NCBI GenBank assembly: GCA_038063755.1
Contig: JBBTUL010000011.1
Span: 71,040 to 135,039 of the forward strand
Source of the DNA: Patescibacteria group bacterium
GTDB taxonomy: Bacteria; Patescibacteriota; Minisyncoccia; UBA6257; 2-01-FULL-56-20
Direction: 5' to 3'
Length of the DNA stretch: 64,000 nucleotides
Below, in pieces: positions 46,748 through 56,276 of the stretch (position 1 is its first letter; every line of letters starts with the position of its first letter). The notes beneath the pieces were generated by a model. The model was not told the origin of the DNA and did not search any database. It worked only from the letters and a program-made list of their open reading frames with translations. The translations under genes and the position numbers were made by a program.

Positions 46748-48802
46748 CTATCGACTCTTTTTTGCTTTCTTTTCACCGCCCTTCAGCATCGCGCTTCCTT
46801 TGACCTTCCTCGTGAGCACGCGCAACTCATCTCTTAAAACTGCCGCTAGTTCAAAGTCAAGACGTTCTGCAGCGCGCCTCATTTCCCCTTCTTTTGCTTT
46901 CAAGAGTTTTTCCATAGCGGACTTCGTTTTTGGAATCGGAGCAAGTTCGAGCGATAGAATTTCGCCGACGGGAAGTATGTCTCTGATTTCGCGGATTATG
47001 GTCCGCGGAGTGATGTTGTGCTTTTTGTTGTACGCCAACTGAATTTCGCGGCGCCTTTCCGTTTCTTTTACCGCACGCTCAATCGAACCGGTAATATGAT
47101 CGGCATAAATGATTACCTCGCCACGAACATTTCGTGCCGCACGACCGATGGTTTGGATAAGCGATGTTTCGCTTCGCAGGAATCCCTCTTTGTCGGCGTC
47201 GAGGATCGCAACAAGCGATACCTCCGGAAGATCGAGACCTTCGCGCAAAAGATTCACGCCGACCAGGACATCAAAATTCCCTTTTCGAAGATCGGTCAAG
47301 ATTTTGATTCGATCAAGCGTCTTTACGTCGCTGTGAAGGTATGCAACTTTGATGCCTTCTTCACGAAGGTAGTCAGTAAGATCCTCCGCCATCTTTTTGG
47401 TAAGAGTTGTCACCAGCACACGCTCTTTTACGTTCCCGCTCTCCTTCTTCGGACTCACTCGATCTTTAATGCGCGGGATGAGATCGTGCACTTGACCCTT
47501 TACCGGACACATCGTTATCTTGGGATCAACGAGGCCCGTTGGACGAATAATCTGCTCGACGATCTGCTGACTCTCTCTCCGCTCAAAAACACCCGGGGTC
47601 GCTGAGGTGTAGATAGATTGCCCAATTCGCTCCTCAAATTCCGGAAAACGCAGCGGGCGGTTATCCGCCGCTGATGGTAATCGAAACCCGTATTCGATAA
47701 GTGTCTTTTTCCTTGAAGAGTCCCCCGCGAACATTCCCTGGAGCTGCGGAATCGTCACGTGTGACTCATCGATGACGGTCAGAAATTCCGGCTTCCCGTC
47801 CGGCGTATGCGGAAAGTAGTCGAGGAGCGTATCGGGGGCTTCACCCGATGGGCGTCCGGAAAGGGGTTGCGAGTAGTTCTCTATGCCGTGGCAATAGCCG
47901 ACTTCCCTAATCATCGCGAGATCGAACTTCGTCCTTCGCTCAAGGCGCTCCGCTTCAAGGAATTTTTTCTCCTTTTCGAATTTCTTGAGCTGCTCTTTGA
48001 GTTCTTTTTGAATCGCTATCATCGCACGCTCTCGATCCGGCACGAGCGTGATGAAGTGTTTCGCGGGAGCGATGTAGGCCTCGGGAATCGCCTTGGTAAT
48101 GTTCGGCACAAAACCCTCAACGGGATCTATCTCGTAAATCTCGCCGATGACACTCTTGTGGAGTTCGAACGAATATATAAACTCCCGATCGGTTGGCATA
48201 ATCTCCCAGTTGTCGCCGCGCAAGCGAAACGTTCCGCGTTTGAGGTCCGCCGTGGTGCGCGTGAATTGGAGGGATACGAGCTTTCGCATGAGCTCTTGGC
48301 GCAACATCTTTTCCCCGGTTTTGAAATGTAAAATATTTTCGGCATAGACCTCAGGTGCGCCAAGACCGTAAATACAGGAGACTGAAGCAACGATGATAAC
48401 GTCTTTGCGCGTGAGAAGTGCGGTTGTCGCCGCATGGCGAAGCTTATCTATCTCCTCGTTTATCATCGCCTCCTTGTCGATGTAGGTGTCGGATGTCGGC
48501 AGATAGGCTTCCGGCTGATAGTAGTCGTAGTAGGAAACGAAGTAGTGGACGGAGTTTTTTGGGAAAAGCTCCCGGAATTCATTGCAAAGCTGTGCGGCAA
48601 GCGTCTTGTTGTGCGCAATGACGAGCGTCGGTTTCCCGATCTTTTCGATGACATTTGCGATGGTAAACGTCTTTCCCGAACCGGTTACGCCGAGAAGTGT
48701 TTGATGCTCAAGACCCTTTTTTATACCCGAAACGAGCCGTCCAATCGCTTGCGGCTGATCACCTGCGGGTTTGTTTTTTGAGACCAACGTAAAGCCATCC
48801 AT
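46748..48802 (-). CDS. uvrB: excinuclease ABC subunit B
   Basis: GVTGSGKTFTIANVI Walker A, helicase motifs, C-terminal UVR domain. Confidence 0.9.
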   Translation of the reverse strand: MDGFTLVSKNKPAGDQPQAIGRLVSGIKKGLEHQTLLGVTGSGKTFTIANVIEKIGKPTLVIAHNKTLAAQLCNEFRELFPKNSVHYFVSYYDYYQPEAYLPTSDTYIDKEAMINEEIDKLRHAATTALLTRKDVIIVASVSCIYGLGAPEVYAENILHFKTGEKMLRQELMRKLVSLQFTRTTADLKRGTFRLRGDNWEIMPTDREFIYSFELHKSVIGEIYEIDPVEGFVPNITKAIPEAYIAPAKHFITLVPDRERAMIAIQKELKEQLKKFEKEKKFLEAERLERRTKFDLAMIREVGYCHGIENYSQPLSGRPSGEAPDTLLDYFPHTPDGKPEFLTVIDESHVTIPQLQGMFAGDSSRKKTLIEYGFRLPSAADNRPLRFPEFEERIGQSIYTSATPGVFERRESQQIVEQIIRPTGLVDPKITMCPVKGQVHDLIPRIKDRVSPKKESGNVKERVLVTTLTKKMAEDLTDYLREEGIKVAYLHSDVKTLDRIKILTDLRKGNFDVLVGVNLLREGLDLPEVSLVAILDADKEGFLRSETSLIQTIGRAARNVRGEVIIYADHITGSIERAVKETERRREIQLAYNKKHNITPRTIIREIRDILPVGEILSLELAPIPKTKSAMEKLLKAKEGEMRRAAERLDFELAAVLRDELRVLTRKVKGSAMLKGGEKKAKKSR

Positions 48803-48860
48803 AGGAAGACATACACATCCTACTGGCTAGAAGCAAAAAAGGGAATGTGGCAGTTCGGTT

Positions 48861-50600
48861 CTATGCGACTTCTGCGTTATAGCATTGCTCGCAGTATACG
48901 ATCTCGGGACGGTCGGGGGCGTAGGAGGTTTCGAATTCGCTTGGGCAGGGAGCGTTTTCGTGGTCGTGCCCTTTCTTGCACATACACCTACGACGCCAAA
49001 GGCGCAATGGTTTATGCAGGTCCATTCGCTCTCCTCTTCTACAGCCGGGGCACAGTCGCGGAATTGGTAAATCCATCTTTCGGTAAAAGCCGAACTCCTG
49101 TTGGGTGGTCTTAAAAGCGAGGGTGCAGTTATGGATGCATCCTTGGCGGTGCTCGCATTCTATAACTTCGCTCAGAATATCGTCGTTGGCCTCCTTGATC
49201 GTAGCCGGCAGATCGCTTGAGGTTTTTGTTGATTGGTACTCTCTTGGTTCCGGCTCGGCCCATCGACAGCCGAACGCCAACGCCTCGTCTTTATGCAGAG
49301 GAAAGTAAAACTGCGTCAGCGATTCGTTATACGCAAACGGGGAAAGTTCGACAGGAAAGAACTCGCCGTACGGGTACACCTGTCCGTTCAATCCAACGTA
49401 TGGATTGTTGCTCATACCCTCAACTATGCTCGCCCGAAGCTCTAAGTACTCGTCTTTGCCGTATTGCTTGTTTAATATGCAATATTGCTTTTTCCGCAGA
49501 CCTACACACCCGAAGAGATCTTGGCTAACACGACAGTAGTCACAATATTGGATTCTCGCACTACTCTCGAACGTGTTTAAAGAAAAATAAATATTGGAAT
49601 CGAGATATCCCACATTAACACCCTCGTATAACAGCGAACACTCCTTGTCCCCTACACCATACATGTCATAGGAATCCTTCGCGTGACTTGCCTGCGCGCA
49701 GTATTTGATATCTTCACAATCTGCGGAGTTGAAACTATGTTTTGCATTCTTGCAGTTAACGAGGTTATCGCCCGAGGAGCCAACGCACTTGATGATATTC
49801 GCATATTTATGAAACGCGGCTTCTTTCATGCGAACATATTCCATACGGAGTTCCCTCTGGGTAGAATAGTCGCTACTAATAGCTTCGAGCCGCTTCCGAT
49901 ACTCTTCTTCGGCAAGCTGTTGGTTACGAAACACAAATTTACCGTTGCGTAAATTGCTGCTCATAAAGCAGTCGGAAGAGTTGCGACAGTCATAAAGGTA
50001 TGAGCTATTCATGCAATCCTTGCAATCAGAAATGAAGACGCACTTCACGCAGCGTTCTGAATCCATAGCCTCGTAAACGCTCTCGGAATTCATAATCACG
50101 ATGGAATCAAGTGTTTCTCTACAGCTCCACGCCCCTTTGGAATACGACACTGTGTCTGAATTCAGCGTTGAGGGTGAAAGATACACGTTTTTAGAAAACC
50201 ACGTGAAATCAGAATAGGGCGAATTCTCGTTTTGATAAGCTTCCAGACTTGGCCTCGGCATGACATCCGAAAGCTCCTTCCACTGAGAGAAAAAAGTCTT
50301 GTTCGAATTGTATTCGAGGCCGTAATCCAATGGATCCCACTTATCAGACCACCAACACTCATTGCAATACACGGGGAATTTAACGCTTTTCGAATAATGA
50401 GAAATGCCCTGTATGCCGCATAACCCACACTGGAACTTATGCATATTGAACTCATTTCGGAAAAGCATTCTTCGCTTCATCCTACACTCCGGGCACCACG
50501 TCGGCGCCGGAACGTCTATCTTTTTGTAGAAATCGAAATCCTCGGATTCGATGGTGAACGCTTGATGACAACTTTGACAATTTTTTGTCTCTTGATTCAT
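48861..50600 (-). CDS. cysteine-rich zinc-ribbon-flanked family protein, paralog D
   Basis: MNQETKNCQSCHQAFTIESEDFDFYKKIDVPAPTWCPECR. Central YCDYCRVSQDLFGCVGLRKKQYCILNKQYGKDEY. C-terminus PEIVYCEQCYNAEVA. Start chosen to match the family N-terminus; the ORF is open to 50621. Confidence 0.8.
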   Translation of the reverse strand: MNQETKNCQSCHQAFTIESEDFDFYKKIDVPAPTWCPECRMKRRMLFRNEFNMHKFQCGLCGIQGISHYSKSVKFPVYCNECWWSDKWDPLDYGLEYNSNKTFFSQWKELSDVMPRPSLEAYQNENSPYSDFTWFSKNVYLSPSTLNSDTVSYSKGAWSCRETLDSIVIMNSESVYEAMDSERCVKCVFISDCKDCMNSSYLYDCRNSSDCFMSSNLRNGKFVFRNQQLAEEEYRKRLEAISSDYSTQRELRMEYVRMKEAAFHKYANIIKCVGSSGDNLVNCKNAKHSFNSADCEDIKYCAQASHAKDSYDMYGVGDKECSLLYEGVNVGYLDSNIYFSLNTFESSARIQYCDYCRVSQDLFGCVGLRKKQYCILNKQYGKDEYLELRASIVEGMSNNPYVGLNGQVYPYGEFFPVELSPFAYNESLTQFYFPLHKDEALAFGCRWAEPEPREYQSTKTSSDLPATIKEANDDILSEVIECEHRQGCIHNCTLAFKTTQQEFGFYRKMDLPIPRLCPGCRRGERMDLHKPLRLWRRRCMCKKGHDHENAPCPSEFETSYAPDRPEIVYCEQCYNAEVA

Positions 50601-50655
50601 GGTCGTGTTTGTCCCGCCCACAGGCGGGATCCTCGATTTTGTCTATTCGCTACGC

Positions 50656-50727
50656 TCATACAAAATCGGGACAGTTCTGGCAGACCCGCCCTGAGCTTGC
50701 CGAAGGGGTTTTTGTTTCGCTCGTCAT
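50656..50727 (-). pseudogene. decayed N-terminal remnant of a further Cys-rich family paralog
   Basis: The minus strand encodes MTSETKTPSASSGRVCQNCPDFV-stop. 17 of 23 residues match the paralog B N-terminus (MNHETKNPSASSGQVCQNCSKDFV). Lies in the 109-nt gap between paralogs E and D. Confidence 0.6.
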
Positions 50728-50730
50728 GGA

Positions 50731-52452
50731 TTATGCAACCTCTGCGTTATGGCAAGATTCACAGTATAGATTCTCTCCGGGAAGCGATGTTTCAAACGCG
50801 TTTCCGCATGGGCTGTCGCCATGCGCGTGAGAAACGCTGTTTTGATAACCGCCCGAGCCAATCGTTCCTCTGCAAGCACATTGGCCTTCGTGGAGGTAAT
50901 TTGGTCCGCGAGCTTGAAATCTCCTGGCATGTCGACAATCTGGACAAAGCCGGGGAAGCGGCACTGAAAGTTTTTTGTAAAACGCAAATTCATCGGGAAT
51001 AATTCGATAATTTTTCTTGCAATCGATGCAGGCAAAAATCTTTTCAACAAGCGATTGATCGGCATCGCCAATCGCATCAGGAATCTCCGCCCAGGAAATC
51101 GTTTCTTTTCCAAATGTGCCGCGCTCGAAATCCTCCCACTTAAAACCAAGCTCGAGCGCCTCTTCCTTTGAGAGCGGAAACTGTTCCATTGCTGCGGATT
51201 CGTTGTAGCCAAACGTGCTGACTGATGCGGGGAAGAATTCGCCGTAATTTCCCGCATCTTTCATAGACGCAACTATCTTCTCGCGCAGTGTTTGATACTC
51301 CTCTTTCGAATATTCGTGGTTAAGAATGCAGTAATCTTTTTTACGAACTCCAACCGATCCAAAACAGTTGTTCGCATTGAAGCAGTAGTAGCAGTATTCC
51401 GTAAACGAACACGTCCAGCACATGCGGCAGCAGATTTGATTCGAGACATCCATTCCGGCGTTCACCGTGTTATACATCATCTCAGCGTTGCGCCCCGTAG
51501 TATCGCAGTCCATACAATCCTTGGCGTTACGCCACACATGGACGTTATACTTACAATCCTCGGCCTCATAACAATGAAAGCAGGATTTGCAATTTTTTGC
51601 GTTTTTTATGTAGTTTCCGCTTGAATTTGGCGCTTGGACAATTTCTGCATACTTTCTCGGTTGGGTTTTCAAAAATTTCTCGAATTTTTCTCTGAACGCT
51701 TCAACGCCGGAATTCGTATCGAGTCGGAAATTCTGCAGCTCCTTTTCATATTCTTCTTTCGAATATGGCTTATTGAAAATGCAGTATTTGGAGTTTCTTA
51801 AATTCACACACCCAACGCAGTTCGACACACCTCGACAGTCAAACAGAAAGGCACTCTCGCGGCAATCATGACATCCTCTGCTCCAGGAAATGCCGTAGCA
51901 GCCATAACAGTCGTCGCTTTCGTACGAAAGCTCGGTTTGGTGTGAAAATGAAACGTCGACAAGATCACGACATTGCTGAATCCAATAACAATGCGTGCAA
52001 TTCTCGTTGTTTGAAGACTCCACGATCATGTAGCAATTCTTGCTGTCTGCGGAAATATTCGTGTATTCCGAATTCGTGCTACGAATGTATACGAGCGCTA
52101 CTTTCGGAACCGAATCCCATACCGCCTTGAACTGTTCCATGAACGGTCTCGATGGCGTGTATGCCCGGCCATAATCAAGTGGATTCCAATCGTCGGAGAA
52201 CCAGCAGTCATGACACCAGACGGTATACGGCTTCTCGGGACTATACATGGAGATCACCACTTTCTTGCATTTGTCGCACGCGCGTCGATAGAAACTCCGT
52301 TCGTTACGGAATGAAAGTCGGTGTCTCGCACGACAGAGAGGACAAAGCTTCGGCGCCAGAACGTCTATCTTTTTATAGAAATCAAAATCTTCCGGTTCGA
52401 TGAAAAAAGGCTTCTTGCATTGTGTGCAGGTTTTCGTCTCCGGCATTGTCAT
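50731..52452 (-). CDS. cysteine-rich zinc-ribbon-flanked family protein, paralog E
   Basis: CTQCKKPFFIEPEDFDFYKKIDVLAPKLCPLCR. Central FDCRGVSNCVGCVNLRNSKYCIFNKPYSKEEYE. C-terminus NYRIIPDEFAFYKKLSVPLPRLCPDCRH ... NLYCESCHNAEVA. Confidence 0.8.
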   Translation of the reverse strand: MTMPETKTCTQCKKPFFIEPEDFDFYKKIDVLAPKLCPLCRARHRLSFRNERSFYRRACDKCKKVVISMYSPEKPYTVWCHDCWFSDDWNPLDYGRAYTPSRPFMEQFKAVWDSVPKVALVYIRSTNSEYTNISADSKNCYMIVESSNNENCTHCYWIQQCRDLVDVSFSHQTELSYESDDCYGCYGISWSRGCHDCRESAFLFDCRGVSNCVGCVNLRNSKYCIFNKPYSKEEYEKELQNFRLDTNSGVEAFREKFEKFLKTQPRKYAEIVQAPNSSGNYIKNAKNCKSCFHCYEAEDCKYNVHVWRNAKDCMDCDTTGRNAEMMYNTVNAGMDVSNQICCRMCWTCSFTEYCYYCFNANNCFGSVGVRKKDYCILNHEYSKEEYQTLREKIVASMKDAGNYGEFFPASVSTFGYNESAAMEQFPLSKEEALELGFKWEDFERGTFGKETISWAEIPDAIGDADQSLVEKIFACIDCKKNYRIIPDEFAFYKKLSVPLPRLCPDCRHARRFQARGPNYLHEGQCACRGTIGSGGYQNSVSHAHGDSPCGNAFETSLPGENLYCESCHNAEVA

Positions 52453-52469
52453 GAGTTACGAAATCCGGA

Positions 52470-52931
52470 CTACTTCACCTCGAGAAGTTTTACGGTAAAC
52501 AAAAGTGCTGAGTTCGGCGGAATCGGACCAACGGCTTGTGCTCCATAAGCGAACTCCGGTGCGATAGTGAGCTTCCTCTCTCCGCCAACCTTCATACCCG
52601 CAACTCCTTCGTCCCAACCTCGGATAACTTGTCCGACGCCCAAGACGAATGAAAACGGTGTTCCCCGATCAAGCGAGCTGTCAAACTTTGTTCCATCGGT
52701 CAAGGTTCCCGTATAGTGCACCGAAACAGTTTTTCCTGCTACTGCTTCCGCTCCTGTCCCAAGAACAACATCTTCAATTTTTAATCCTTCCATTTGCTTT
52801 ATTGTATTGTTTGTTTGAACCGTGACGTTCGGCTCGTCTATTTTTACTTCCTCCGGCTTGTTTTTCTCTCCATACCAAATCGCACCAGCAAGCACAGCCA
52901 CCGCAAGTAGTCCGAATATAATTGTTTTCAT
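52470..52931 (-). CDS. FKBP-type peptidyl-prolyl cis-trans isomerase (secreted)
   Basis: Signal peptide, then VSVHYTGTLTDGTKFDSSLDRGTPFSFVLGVGQVIRGWDEGVAGMKVGG. Start at the internal Met (ATG at 52929-52931). Confidence 0.85.
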   Translation of the reverse strand: MKTIIFGLLAVAVLAGAIWYGEKNKPEEVKIDEPNVTVQTNNTIKQMEGLKIEDVVLGTGAEAVAGKTVSVHYTGTLTDGTKFDSSLDRGTPFSFVLGVGQVIRGWDEGVAGMKVGGERKLTIAPEFAYGAQAVGPIPPNSALLFTVKLLEVK

Positions 52932-52941
52932 GCGGTTTATT

Positions 52942-53271
52942 TTATCGTATTTCTGTCCCTGGGGAAACATCCCTCTCGACCGTAAGCGCAACCGGAAGCC
53001 CTTCCTCATCTGTCGCCGCAAGCATCATTCCCCTGCTTTCCTCTCCCATGAGCGTGCGGGGATCGAGATTCACAACCACGATAATGTTTTTCCCGACCAT
53101 TTCTTCCGGAGTATACGCTTTCCCAATCCCTGCAAGAATCTGCCGGATCTCCTCTGGATCACCTCCGAGACTTACCTGCATTTTAAGAAGCTTTTCCGAA
53201 CCCTCCACCCGCTCGGCGGAGAGCACCCTGCCGACCTTGAGCTCAGTATTCTTAAATTCGTCTATGGTCAT
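52942..53271 (-). CDS. tRNA-binding domain protein (CsaA/Myf-like)
   Basis: ELKVGRVLSAERVEGSEKLLKMQVSLGG ... NIIVVVNLDPRTLMGEESRGMMLA is the OB-fold tRNA_bind signature. Start at the internal Met (ATG at 53269-53271). Confidence 0.75.
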   Translation of the reverse strand: MTIDEFKNTELKVGRVLSAERVEGSEKLLKMQVSLGGDPEEIRQILAGIGKAYTPEEMVGKNIIVVVNLDPRTLMGEESRGMMLAATDEEGLPVALTVERDVSPGTEIR

Positions 53272-53464
53272 TCGAAAATTGTAGCATGGTGAATCGCATT
53301 CACGAAAAACATCCGGGCGGTTTCGTTTTACATCTCTCGAACCGGAATACTTCGGCTCCGGCGGCCGAAATTTCCTGCCGCTCGTCGGCTCGACGCTTCG
53401 CGTCCAAGCTCGATCCGACTCCGCAAGCTTCTCGATCGGCAAAACGAAACCTACCCCTTGACGA

Positions 53465-53564
53465 AGGGTGAGGTAGCCCGCAGGTATTTTTCGGGGTTTC
53501 GCGGAGCGCGACGGCGCAAGCGTAAGCAACATTTCTTAAAAAATGTATGCGGCCCCGAAAAATA
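53465..53564. repeat. 21-22 bp perfect inverted repeat with 56-nt spacer
   Basis: GCCCGCAGGTATTTTTCGGGG at 53466-53486 is exactly reverse-complementary to CCCCGAAAAATACCTGCGGGC at 53543-53563. Confidence 0.7.
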
Positions 53565-53580
53565 CCTGCGGGCTGACGTG

Positions 53581-53616
53581 CGAGCTTAAATAAAAAATCA
53601 CCCCGACCTAAGCCAG
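53581..53616 (-). terminator. rho-independent terminator downstream of the RRM gene
   Basis: AATCACCC-cgacctaagcca-GGGTGATT, with a T-run on the minus strand. Confidence 0.6.
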
Positions 53617-53644
53617 GGTGATTTTTCTGAAAGTAAACGCCGAG

Positions 53645-53950
53645 TTACCAGCTGTTTCTTCCGCCTCCGAAGCCGCCGCCTTCTCGGCGAGGAGGACGTG
53701 CCTCCATCGGGCGTGCTTCGTTGACTGTAAGGGCGCGTCCTTCCAACTCCTTACCATTCCACATTTCTATGGCCTTCTGCGCTTCGGCATCATCGTCAAA
53801 TTCGACAAAGCCAAACCCTTTCGAGCGGCCTGTCATTTTATCGGTGATAACCGTTACGGAAGAAACAGTTCCGGCTTGCGAAAAAGCCTGTGACAAACTG
53901 TCTTGGTTGGTGGTGTAGGAAAGATTTCCCACGTATAACCTCTTAGACAT
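53645..53950 (-). CDS. RRM-type RNA-binding protein with Gly/Arg-rich tail
   Basis: RNP-2 LYVGNL, RNP-1 KGFGFVEF, C-terminal RREGGGFGGGRNSW. Confidence 0.85.
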   Translation of the reverse strand: MSKRLYVGNLSYTTNQDSLSQAFSQAGTVSSVTVITDKMTGRSKGFGFVEFDDDAEAQKAIEMWNGKELEGRALTVNEARPMEARPPRREGGGFGGGRNSW

Positions 53951-54137
53951 TCGATAACGTAATAATTTCCAGTATAACGCGATGTAAGACGACCTTCCTT
54001 TCCCGTCTGCGTTGCTCTATCCCTCATCGGGAAAAGAAGCGCGAGTAACGAAAAACCTTACAACTGCTCGGACAGTATACCATACTATTTTAAATCTGTC
54101 ACTACCCCAAAAAAGTCTTATAAATCAAGCTATTTCC

Positions 54138-54623
54138 CTATTGCTTCTTTTCAACCTTAAACGCCTCTATGTCCTTCAAAACCTTTTCTAATACCCCCTG
54201 GATCTCCCCGAGGGTCGCTTGGCTCTTTACGCTTTGCTCATCGTTTTCATCCTCGCCTTCTTGAATCTTGTCGATATCATCTGATATTTCCTCAATATCC
54301 TCTCCGAGTTCATCGATTTCTTCCTCGATCTCTCCGATGTCCTCTCCAATTTCTTCGATGTCTTCTTCAACCTCTTCTATGGTTTGACGGCTCTTGTTTA
54401 CGCTCATTTGAATGAAAAGGGAAAGATAAATTGCTTCGAGCGATACGATGGTTGTAAGCGCGATCGACAGCTTCTCGAAATTAACCCCAAAAAATACGAG
54501 CGACAATATCCCGCCGAAAAGAAACGTATGAACAAGGATTGACGTCGGAGAACCCGCAGCCGACATAATGGTCTCTGACCATTGCTCAGCCCTTGATTGT
54601 ATGTGCCGTGATTTTTTTCCCAT
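54138..54623 (-). CDS. membrane protein with a C-terminal acidic tandem-repeat/coiled-coil tail
   Basis: Two TM helices, then EEVEEDIEEIGEDIGEIEEEIDELGEDIEEISDDIDKIQEGEDENDE (period 6-7 aa). Confidence 0.6.
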   Translation of the reverse strand: MGKKSRHIQSRAEQWSETIMSAAGSPTSILVHTFLFGGILSLVFFGVNFEKLSIALTTIVSLEAIYLSLFIQMSVNKSRQTIEEVEEDIEEIGEDIGEIEEEIDELGEDIEEISDDIDKIQEGEDENDEQSVKSQATLGEIQGVLEKVLKDIEAFKVEKKQ

Positions 54624-54718
54624 AGATTTTTATCTTCCTCTATCTCCTCGTAGCAAATGAATACGCTCCGAAAGAGGACGTATTATAGTTTAAAAAAGTT
54701 CGCTCGTCAACCTACAAC

Positions 54719-55759
54719 CTACCGCTCCTTGACGTTCGCTGCGTTATAAATATCAAGTAAGGAAAAAAAGAGGCTGAATAGAAGCGGGCCAATCAAAAAT
54801 CCAAATGGCCCAAAAAGGCTGATGCCTCCAATTACTCCCATAAGCATAAGCAACGGGTGGAGATTTGAACCCATGTTCATAAGTTTCGGCCCAAGGAAGT
54901 TATCAACGAGACCGACCGCAACCATGCCCCATATAAGAAGTCCTAGCGCGCCACTCGTCGCACCAGAGACAAAGAGATAAAGAATGGCTGGAATGAGCAC
55001 AAGTGAAGTTCCAATACCAGGAATAAGGGCGCTTATTGCCGTCACGCCTCCCCAAAAAGCGGCGTTTGGTACTCCGAATACCCAATACCCGGAGCCGGCA
55101 ATAATTCCCTGGATAATAGCGACGACGAGCGAGCCGCGAATCACGCCATTTACGGTTCTCTTGAGTTTTCCCATGATCTCGTCATCGTATTCGTCTGAAA
55201 GCGGGCTAAATGAGATAACCCAGGCCCTAAACTTCTCTCCGTCCTTCAGGAGATAGTAGAAAATTATAAGGAAAATGAAGAAATCGATCAGAATGCCGAC
55301 GGTTCCGCTAAAGAGCGATCCGAGGCTTTTGACCGCCCCACTCAACAGGTTTCCAACCTCGTTATTGATGTTGAATGATGTTCTTGAAATTATCTCCTGG
55401 ACACGGTCCGGAATAAGCCCTAAAAGAGTGTCTGTCACGCCGTTTGTGGTTATGTGGGAATAGAGCGCAACTGCGTCCTGAAACACTTGAACCCCGATAA
55501 TTACGAGCGGAACGAGGACGATAAGGAGCACTAAAAGAACTGTTACAAGCGCCGAAAGCGGTTTTAATCCTCGAAACATCTTTGTAAGCCAGAAAAAAAG
55601 TGGGTGAAAAATGATTGCAAAAGTCACGGCGAGAATGACGGCGCCAAGGTACGGGAAAAGCACAAAAAACGACGCCATTCCTATAATCAGCAAAAATCCG
55701 AAAAAGAAATAAGTTTGAAGTTTTTGGGTATTCTCAACCGGCATATGATTATTATACAT
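54719..55759 (-). CDS. AI-2E family transporter (PerM/UPF0118)
   Basis: Eight TM helices and the characteristic FFFGFLLIIGMASFFVLFPYLGAV N-terminal pattern. Confidence 0.7.
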   Translation of the reverse strand: MYNNHMPVENTQKLQTYFFFGFLLIIGMASFFVLFPYLGAVILAVTFAIIFHPLFFWLTKMFRGLKPLSALVTVLLVLLIVLVPLVIIGVQVFQDAVALYSHITTNGVTDTLLGLIPDRVQEIISRTSFNINNEVGNLLSGAVKSLGSLFSGTVGILIDFFIFLIIFYYLLKDGEKFRAWVISFSPLSDEYDDEIMGKLKRTVNGVIRGSLVVAIIQGIIAGSGYWVFGVPNAAFWGGVTAISALIPGIGTSLVLIPAILYLFVSGATSGALGLLIWGMVAVGLVDNFLGPKLMNMGSNLHPLLMLMGVIGGISLFGPFGFLIGPLLFSLFFSLLDIYNAANVKER

Positions 55760-56229
55760 TATTTTCTTTTAGAGTCACCTTTTCGCAGAATGGACGTATG
55801 AAATTCCTTTGGGAGATGGGGGCGCAAAACTTTGAGTGACACAAGCGGAAGAACTCTCTCTTTCATTTTCTTCAAAATGTCGCTTCGCAAGTCTTTCTGA
55901 TCGTATCCGAAGCAAATGAGATCCGGGTCGATCCTTCGAATAATTTCATACGAACCAATTTCCTTATCTCCAAGATACACCGCATGTGGAATGCTTGTTC
56001 TTCGAAGCGCTCGGGCTCGCGCATGAGCGTTTCTCTCTGGAGGGTGTCCCTTGAGCCTCCTTACCACGAAGTCTTGTGGAATAACCACGAAGAGCCTCTC
56101 GGCATAACACCTCGCTTCACGAAGCGCGCGAAGGTGCCCTTCGTGGATACCGTCAAACGTCCCGAAAAAGATAGCTTTTTGGGCTTTCTTCGCCTTTTTG
56201 TTTTTTATTTTTTTCTGCGTAACCATCAA
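55759..56229 (-). CDS. cytidylyltransferase-like nucleotidyltransferase (FMN adenylyltransferase-like, HxGH type)
   Basis: FGTFDGIHEGH matches the (T/H)xGH motif of the nucleotidylyl transferase superfamily, in a 156-aa single domain. Confidence 0.55.
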   Translation of the reverse strand: MMVTQKKIKNKKAKKAQKAIFFGTFDGIHEGHLRALREARCYAERLFVVIPQDFVVRRLKGHPPERNAHARARALRRTSIPHAVYLGDKEIGSYEIIRRIDPDLICFGYDQKDLRSDILKKMKERVLPLVSLKVLRPHLPKEFHTSILRKGDSKRK

Positions 56230-56276
56230 GATCGATTATAACAGAGGCAAGGTCTGCTATACTAAAAATAGGTATT

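Noticed and set aside
54218-54362. Tandem repeat as a possible CRISPR array or other non-coding repeat
   Set aside because: The repeats are in frame inside a coding region (an acidic E/D-rich tail). There are no spacers of unique sequence and no cas genes.
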